Virus record (IMG/VR): IMGVR_UViG_3300043446_000566
Location: 1-64,000 of that record
Origin: a virus
Length of the DNA stretch: 64,000 nucleotides
Strand: one strand, 5' to 3'
Position numbers and translations under genes: made by a program. Below, one piece after another: positions 58,701-64,000 of this stretch. How positions within the stretch are numbered: the first letter of the stretch is position 1; each line of letters opens with the position of its first letter. The notes under the pieces were generated by a model. The model did no database searches. It was not told the DNA's origin and saw only the letters and a program-made list of their open reading frames with translations.

Positions 58701-58965
58701 CCTTTACGATCTTTGCAGTAGTAAGTTCAGTCTCTTCTGGAAAGTTTGGAATCAGCTTGTCTTTTAGATATCGAATCAACGTGTCTTTCGTTGTGTCGAT
58801 ATCCATATAGTCATAGAGATTCTTACCGACTTGAACTGTATTGCCTTCGCGCTCAGTATATTCGTAGTATTTCTTTAGAAGAGCGACAAAATTAGGATGA
58901 TCAGTTCTGATGAACTCAGGTAACTGGTTCTCTACAATCGTCGAGATATAATTATTTGCGAACAT
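55765..58965 (-). CDS. gp7: baseplate wedge initiator
   Basis: NQLPEFI..D.P.FV..L..YYE, FY..KGT..S..F.FR.LY, SDGKW, QN.DYY.NFSY, HPAG. Confidence 0.88.
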   Translation of the reverse strand: MFANNYISTIVENQLPEFIRTDHPNFVALLKKYYEYTEREGNTVQVGKNLYDYMDIDTTKDTLIRYLKDKLIPNFPEETELTTAKIVKAARAFYAKKGTPDSFKFIFRVLYNQEVDVYFPKQDILKASDGKWKQPQALRLAFSATEYDGFDINLLERHLGTGETSRTTCVIEAAVRNIDKETGREVIELYVSNVTRLFDPGENLIINFEDANGNPKTFKSKIVSLISNIYLYRNRFGVVQTGTLYRTGDPVVLYGGLNQSADAVKAVAEVNNVSVGSIESASIINPGYLFRAYANSLIRINSPTGIGSNLTIDAIWDDAPNSASIQFNTDAFVYKKDITLNNGSGYSFDNAAYSVNLTTGSGNTTSVVNLNTVNFVASTTNDYYKSFVLQIVAGTGASGSPNSAIISSYSGTTKRATLATALAVAPDATSNVRIFANAQTEIGRAMTFDTLTLGKIRLLDLIDGGSFFEEAPTTDNGQLDAVSLFDSDFSSDGGFLIIPSGQFSNYNKTAKSIRLNSSNNSYSLANGYYTGTRLFLDVGKTSHYAVVTDYIVTDPGTSANVKTVYLDKIYDNNINETNINSFNLFFDFRPDVRGTGKLGTILVNDGGTGYSSSDYINFIGTGWSGNATVTVNGSGKITAVTITDRGGGYVVAPTPVILNSSGGASSGTGAELNILLLSDGENIQTSATDIGRIQDFHIINRGFNYANTPVVSLKVADVLTDNLSSGVIILGGESVWQGGATNSGATFQATVDEIYRADSTNTVIRIFNYSGSINTSLPLLINTATGNVTTNVFAQNATISFNGLNLAEERKYPFFYGDGLAKANAEFLNGLIKYNGFYLNTDGFVSADKKLQNKDYYHNFSYEVSSEKSLDDYKETINNVAHPAGMQLLSKYVMKDVIYVNNGVASNVFYSNSANSTNANTSYSSRAFYGNNSSFTTRVSNGDIIVINTTETASLKQYTRVVSNVNSASLLWLENPIGGIGDGVLRITSGNANVVVYGNTSAVSESLAAGDNLQFNISSTTYDRYVVNISGNTVNLNASVSSTGNVLYKKTPTYNVVSYSIIKTNG

Positions 58966-61034
58966 CAATCAACCGTTTTCATTGTGATATTGATCGATCC
59001 AGTGTCTGTGTCGTCAATAGTGATAATTCTGCTTCTAGCTGATTCAAAGTTGTTTGACTGTGGCTTCGCAACGACTCTGAAGATCTTCAGAGGATCATTG
59101 ATTGAAACTGGATCAAACTGATTTAGATAGACTTTACCGAGCGTGTAGTCAATTGTTCCTGCTTCAGTATTCAGAGTTGTCTTGATATTCAGATCGTCAA
59201 AGTAATAGCTTCTCAGAATACCGTATCTGCCTTGGATAGAAACATTGAACGTCGAAGTTGTATCGACTTCTTCTTGATAAATCACATACGCTACAGCTGT
59301 AGTGTAGTTGATGCCTGGATTATCGACAACAATTTCAGTGATCTTGCCGTTTACAATCACAGGATAAGCATTCGCGCCAACACCGTCACCAGAGATTACT
59401 AGCGTCGGAGCGCTCAGATAACCAGTGCCAGAAGTCAATACGCTGATCGAATCAATGCCAGACGAAGAGCCTGGCGTCTCTTCTAGAAAGCAATCGCGCA
59501 GCACAGCTTCTTTGTCATACTGCTTGAATGCTGGCGTAGAATAGATTCTGTATTTTGGATCTTCTCTAGAAATCGGCGTCGAATAATTCAACGTGTAGTT
59601 TCGAGCAGCGCCGACTTGAGGGATGATTCTCTTTTCGATCACAGTCACAGCGTCGCTATAGCTGATTGATTGCTCTGCATCATCGATTGATCTTAGCAGT
59701 TTAGATAGCTTGAACTTGCTGTTGAAATCGTTTAGATCTGTGTTATTATAGTCCACAATCGCTGTTCTGACTAGACTCTTGATAGAATCAGCAGAGCGAG
59801 TTGTCTTTGTTGGGCTGAAATAGACTTCTGCGAAGATATTCAGATAGTTATAATCGACGTTGACGAATTCTGGAATCACAGTCACAACAGACGATGGCTT
59901 GATAACATCATTGATCACAGACAGCTTTTCTGATTCAGTGATCTCATAGCCATAAGTTGGCTTCGCTGCGACAAACACTTTGCCGTAAACAGGTGGATCA
60001 TTTTGTTCACCACCCCATACGTTTACAGACTCAAAGTATGGATACTTCTTATTGATGATTGCGATGATATCGTCTGTCGTAACGCCGCGATTGTTAGAAA
60101 CATAGGCTTTAGGCGCTGTCGTTCTGATTCTGTCGATGCTTTCTTGATTCGCACCACCAGAAGCAGCTTCATTTGGGAAGATAATATGAGTGCTGAATCC
60201 ACTCACAGATTCAACTAGACTGAATGAGTTAGCCTTGTTTGCTGCTGCGCCATTCGTCTTTAGATAAGTTGCGATGACAATATTACCGTTTACAAGTTTC
60301 TTGCCGATAATATCGTCACCGAAATAGATCTTGTACTTGCCGTTGCGGCTTTCGTCAACAAAGAAGACTGCTGATGTCGCAGAGGTCGTTGTTGCGTCTG
60401 TCGCGAGAGTAAATCGCTCTGTCTTTAGACTTGTCGCCGATTCTTGAACGATTACTGAAATCGTGTTTGTGTCGATTCCAGAGTCAGGAAGTTCAAACGA
60501 CGATGTTGGATTATTTGTAGCATCGTAGGTATATGTGTAAGATAAAGGCTGACCCTCGTAGATATACAGGTCATTGAAGCAGAATCTGCCGCAAGTTGGG
60601 TCATAATCGCCGACCATCGCCTCTGTATTCACGAAAACGTATGAGACAGAATCGATTGGTGCTGATTGGAATCGAGTGAACTTAGGCAGCGTCAGACTTG
60701 CCTGTGTGCTACCGCCAGTTCTGCTGATCTGGAGATCAATCTTTGCGCGAGGCGCGATATACGAGGTTGGCGTATAGCCTAGCATCTTGGCATGCGAAAC
60801 AACAGAATCGCGAAGCAGCGCTGTGTCTAGAAACATCTCATTGGCGATCATGTTGTTGTAGAACGCCATGTAATGCGTATTGTACGCTAGCACATCCAGC
60901 AGGACATTCATGCCTGCCGCTTCAAAGTCGAAATCTGTGAATTCTGATTGGTCTTTCAGAAACGTCTTGAGGCTATTCTTGATAGCAGCAAAATCTAATT
61001 CTGAAACCGTCAGCTTTTGATCTACATTTGCCAT
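58965..61034 (-). CDS. gp6: baseplate wedge subunit
   Basis: ELDF..IK..LK.FL, LLDVLAYNTHY, NEMFLD.A.LR.SVVS.AK.LGY.P, FGD.I.GK, WGGE.N.PP.YGKVF. Confidence 0.96.
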   Translation of the reverse strand: MANVDQKLTVSELDFAAIKNSLKTFLKDQSEFTDFDFEAAGMNVLLDVLAYNTHYMAFYNNMIANEMFLDTALLRDSVVSHAKMLGYTPTSYIAPRAKIDLQISRTGGSTQASLTLPKFTRFQSAPIDSVSYVFVNTEAMVGDYDPTCGRFCFNDLYIYEGQPLSYTYTYDATNNPTSSFELPDSGIDTNTISVIVQESATSLKTERFTLATDATTTSATSAVFFVDESRNGKYKIYFGDDIIGKKLVNGNIVIATYLKTNGAAANKANSFSLVESVSGFSTHIIFPNEAASGGANQESIDRIRTTAPKAYVSNNRGVTTDDIIAIINKKYPYFESVNVWGGEQNDPPVYGKVFVAAKPTYGYEITESEKLSVINDVIKPSSVVTVIPEFVNVDYNYLNIFAEVYFSPTKTTRSADSIKSLVRTAIVDYNNTDLNDFNSKFKLSKLLRSIDDAEQSISYSDAVTVIEKRIIPQVGAARNYTLNYSTPISREDPKYRIYSTPAFKQYDKEAVLRDCFLEETPGSSSGIDSISVLTSGTGYLSAPTLVISGDGVGANAYPVIVNGKITEIVVDNPGINYTTAVAYVIYQEEVDTTSTFNVSIQGRYGILRSYYFDDLNIKTTLNTEAGTIDYTLGKVYLNQFDPVSINDPLKIFRVVAKPQSNNFESARSRIITIDDTDTGSINITMKTVD

Positions 61035-61426
61035 TATCTAACCTTTTCTAAAAACATATTTATTGTGACTGGTGCTTCCAGATTGTTTATGTAAAAGCGA
61101 ATAGTAATAGCATATCTATTTTCGTCAGGTTGAGCCTCGACACGAATCGCGTCAATTCCAACGCGAGGCTCATAGTTCTCTATAGCTTTTGAGATCTCAG
61201 TTCTCAGCACGTTGGCTGTGATGAATGAGACATCTTCAAACAGCAGAGATCGAACTCTGGATCCAAACTCTGGCTGAAACGGCTTTTCGTAGCGATTTGT
61301 CAGAATCAGATTTCTCAGAGCACCAATAATCGCTGCATTGCCAGTGCGCTTTACGACATCTTTTGTCACTGGATGAGCAGTGAAGTTTAGGTCTATGTCT
61401 TTGTATGTGCGGACTTCTAGCGCCAT
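61034..61426 (-). CDS. gp25: baseplate wedge subunit
   Basis: YKDIDLNF..HP...D, NLILT..YEKPF.PEFGS, IENYEPRV. Confidence 0.95.
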   Translation of the reverse strand: MALEVRTYKDIDLNFTAHPVTKDVVKRTGNAAIIGALRNLILTNRYEKPFQPEFGSRVRSLLFEDVSFITANVLRTEISKAIENYEPRVGIDAIRVEAQPDENRYAITIRFYINNLEAPVTINMFLEKVR

Positions 61427-61450
61427 TTATTTTTCCAAGAACCTTTAGAC

Positions 61451-61458
61451 TATTTAGT
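61451..61458 (-). promoter_or_regulatory. late promoter (ACTAAATA) for gp25
   Basis: Late motif 25 nt upstream of the start. Confidence 0.75.
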
Positions 61459-63396
61459 TTAGCAAGGCTGAGTACATGGATCAACTGTCTTAGCAGGCAG
61501 CAACGAATCTGGTGTACTGTCGATAGTAACGTCGCCGCTGCCTCCAGCAGTTTGCTGTTGTTCAAGCCCGTATGTATAATCATCACCGTCAAATTGATCT
61601 GCTGGAGAAGCAGCAGCAATTGTCGGCACAGCTACATTTGGACTATTGTAGTCATAGCCCTTGAATTCTTCATCGGCTGTGTCTAGCGTGTCGATGAAGT
61701 CAGACTGTGTAGCTGAACAGCCCTGTGTCAGAGGATCGACTTTGAGAATCAGATTCAGATATTCGTCTGATGTATTGTCTGGATTCTCTGGATCATTGCC
61801 CTTCTTTTTCTTCGAGCAAGAAGCCTGGAACAGCTTCAATAGACCAGCCAGCAGACCCTTCACAGCGTTGATCGCCGCTAGATCTTGATTGATGCTGTCC
61901 ATGATTTTGTTTTTGATCGCGTTGATTTCATTTGTTTTCTGGTTCAGCAGCGCGACCAGTTCTGAATCTGATAACGATCTGATTGCATCGTTTTGTAGAT
62001 CGTCCAGTAGACCCTGAATTGTTCGTGTGACAGCATTCATATACTCTGGCTTTGTCAGAGATTGTGTCACATGAACTGGCGTCGCACACTCAATCGTTGC
62101 ATACGTTCCGTCTGACTTCATGTAGCGAGTTGTCATTCCTTCAGTCAGATTCGAACCCATTGAGGTTGTCAGCTGATCAAGACCATCAAATGCTGCGAGA
62201 ATGTCGCCAGGGCTATTTGAGGGCAGAATGCGCATGACAGGCGTTTCAGCTGTCACTTTGTACACGATCTCATTTGCTGTTGCGGCAATCGCATCGTCGA
62301 TCACGATTTGTGTGTCTGTCACTGATACAACAAAGTATTCTTTTCCAGCGTAATAGATCTTGTTGTCGGCTACGAGTGAACTTGTAAATGTCGTGCCGTT
62401 TCCAGTAATCACATTATCCAAACAGACAGTGTTGCCTATATTTGGCGTCTTGATAGCAACTGTTAGATCTGACGAAGTAGCTGAATATGCCGTGTTGACA
62501 ACAAATCCGACTTCTTTATACAGCGTAGCACTTGTATTAGAGTTTCTAAATGGCTGAGTGACAGTCAAAAAGTCGCCGAGCGAATTGATTGTATTGACCT
62601 GTTTGATCTCGCTGTTCACGTTGATGTACATACCAGGAGCAAGCGTTATCGTAGAGCCTACTGCTAGCGGAACACTCGCAAGATTCAAAGTCGCGACTGA
62701 AGCTGTAGTGATCTTAGTGTTGTCTGTCAGAACGTCTACCGAAACAGATCCAGCGCCAGCAGAGGTATACGTTTTGCCGACAATCAGTTTTTCTTGACTG
62801 TTGACAATAATTGTTGTGCCGACATTTGCTGCTGGATATACGGTTTTTGAAAGATTCGCAGTAGCTACATTTGTCGAGGCGATATTGACAGTCGCGCCAC
62901 TGATCACGACATTTCCGTACAAAGCCTGAAGCGTCAGAACCTTGTCTTCAGTATTGACGCCAGAAAGTTCATTCGTGTGATTAGTAAATGACTGAGTAGC
63001 TTCGTAAAGCGTATTGCCGAGTGTCGACCATTGGCTGATAGGCATTCCAAGGAAGTTTGAATTCGCAGCGTCTTGTGCTTTACCGAGTACAGCAAGCAGA
63101 TTATCTCTCGCAGTCGCTACAGTTCCTCCTTTAGCAAACAAGTCGGGAAGCGCGAGTTTCATATTCGCGAAATCGTTTTTTGTGAGATCGTCGAGTTTTT
63201 GTTTCACTGCTTCCAAAGTTTTTCTTTGGAAGTTCTCAAATTTCTCTTTCAGACCATCAAGAAACGATTTGCCTCTCTTGATATTGTCTTTGATTTTTGT
63301 TATGATATCTTTGAGCGCAGCAGGGGGGAAGCTAATCTTTCCGAAAGGAATAGGTGCCCCTGTAAATGTCATTGCGAGAGTCTGTAGAAGTGGCAA
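61459..63396 (-). CDS. hypothetical structural protein of the baseplate region; start uncertain (frame open upstream to about 63465)
   Basis: 645-aa ORF with G.GT.FT..L-type beta repeats flanked by helical termini. Confidence 0.75.
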   Translation of the reverse strand: MPLLQTLAMTFTGAPIPFGKISFPPAALKDIITKIKDNIKRGKSFLDGLKEKFENFQRKTLEAVKQKLDDLTKNDFANMKLALPDLFAKGGTVATARDNLLAVLGKAQDAANSNFLGMPISQWSTLGNTLYEATQSFTNHTNELSGVNTEDKVLTLQALYGNVVISGATVNIASTNVATANLSKTVYPAANVGTTIIVNSQEKLIVGKTYTSAGAGSVSVDVLTDNTKITTASVATLNLASVPLAVGSTITLAPGMYINVNSEIKQVNTINSLGDFLTVTQPFRNSNTSATLYKEVGFVVNTAYSATSSDLTVAIKTPNIGNTVCLDNVITGNGTTFTSSLVADNKIYYAGKEYFVVSVTDTQIVIDDAIAATANEIVYKVTAETPVMRILPSNSPGDILAAFDGLDQLTTSMGSNLTEGMTTRYMKSDGTYATIECATPVHVTQSLTKPEYMNAVTRTIQGLLDDLQNDAIRSLSDSELVALLNQKTNEINAIKNKIMDSINQDLAAINAVKGLLAGLLKLFQASCSKKKKGNDPENPDNTSDEYLNLILKVDPLTQGCSATQSDFIDTLDTADEEFKGYDYNSPNVAVPTIAAASPADQFDGDDYTYGLEQQQTAGGSGDVTIDSTPDSLLPAKTVDPCTQPC

Positions 63397-63434
63397 GCCA
63401 CCAATCAGACATAGAATCCACTTGATAATACTGC

Positions 63435-63599
63435 CTAGACCAATTGAGACACATACTCCTCTATATTAGGATATACCAACTTTATTGGATAATCCTGGCG
63501 CATCAGATATTCGTATTCTTTGAAATCAATCTTTTTGCCTTGATTGATTTTAGCGATCAAACTCCATATTTTATTGATGTCATTCGCGTTAGTACACAT
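63435..63599 (-). CDS. putative 54-aa protein (below the ORF-track cutoff)
   Basis: MCTNANDINKIWSLIAKINQGKKIDFKEYEYLMRQDYPIKLVYPNIEEYVSQLV fills the gap between flanking genes. Confidence 0.45.
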   Translation of the reverse strand: MCTNANDINKIWSLIAKINQGKKIDFKEYEYLMRQDYPIKLVYPNIEEYVSQLV

Positions 63600-63606
63600 A
63601 TTTAGT
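63599..63606 (-). promoter_or_regulatory. putative late promoter (ACTAAATA)
   Basis: Late motif right after the stop of the upstream gene. Confidence 0.55.
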
Positions 63607-63607
63607 T

Positions 63608-64000
63608 TCACAGTTTAGGCTCAGAAGGCGCAGTGACTTCTTTCTTTTCAAGAAATGCCATAACGTCAGTCTTTTCTTTGACATTCGCTGGAGTAGTCTT
63701 GACCATCGTTGGCAGTTTAGTCGAAACTCTTTTCGCGACATCTGCATTGCCTGCTGGCTTCGGATCAGAAGAAGTCGGAGGCAGAATGTTCGTGATCACA
63801 CTATTCATTGTTGTCAGTAGTGTGCTGATCCAGAAATTAGGACCCGTGATCTTCACACCAGTTGATGCAGGATCTGTTGGCGGAACTGCTGTTGGATTTG
63901 GTGCACCAGAGATTGATGTCAGACCACCAGAGTCCAACGACACTCCAGAGCCACCATATCCGTTCAGTGTGCCTTGAGAACTCAGATCCAGCTTTCTCAC
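63608..64000 (-). CDS. 3' end of a baseplate-region gene, probably the gp5 hub/spike C-terminus (truncated by the window)
   Basis: Open frame to the window edge with G/S-rich beta-strand-like sequence; upstream of gp25 in T4-like synteny. Confidence 0.5.
   Translation of the reverse strand: MRKLDLSSQGTLNGYGGSGVSLDSGGLTSISGAPNPTAVPPTDPASTGVKITGPNFWISTLLTTMNSVITNILPPTSSDPKPAGNADVAKRVSTKLPTMVKTTPANVKEKTDVMAFLEKKEVTAPSEPKL

Noticed and set aside
1-64000. Stop-codon reassignment, introns or inteins in core genes
   Set aside because: Core genes (gp17, gp20, gp23, gp44, gp46, uvsW) are full length and uninterrupted in the standard code, and TAA, TAG and TGA are all used as stops

Overview
This window is a 64-kb segment of a T4-like myovirus genome of the cyanophage/aquatic 'uncultured T4-like' type, probably infecting a proteobacterium. 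All credible genes lie on the minus strand. Read in the direction of transcription (right to left) it carries: the baseplate module (gp5 end, gp25, gp6, gp7, gp8, a split VrlC/DUF4815-like pair); two collagen-like tail-fibre cassettes, each with a small adhesin-like gene and its own sulfotransferase; neck, terminase, tail and head genes (gp13-gp23, gp3) with a free-standing GIY-YIG endonuclease between gp21 and gp22; uvsY, uvsW, gp55, gp47, gp46 and peptide deformylase; an early block (VWA/peptidase plus CobS/MoxR ATPase, HTH protein); a glycosyltransferase cluster (TAGT-like) next to the dNMP kinase; and gp45, dsbA, gp44, gp62, regA, dUTPase, Hsp20 and dCMP deaminase. Non-coding signals read directly from the sequence are about 16 gp55-type late promoters (N[A/C]TAAATA), three sigma70 promoters each with an IHF-consensus box at a fixed distance, a ROSE-like thermometer before hsp20, a 71-nt structured RNA behind a late promoter, back-to-back promoters at uvsY, and apparent avoidance of TTAA and CCGG. 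The best candidate for an undescribed system is the duplicated 'collagen fibre + adhesin + sulfotransferase' cassette, which suggests sulfation of the virion's receptor-binding apparatus. Protein family calls come from motif recognition and synteny, not from database searches.
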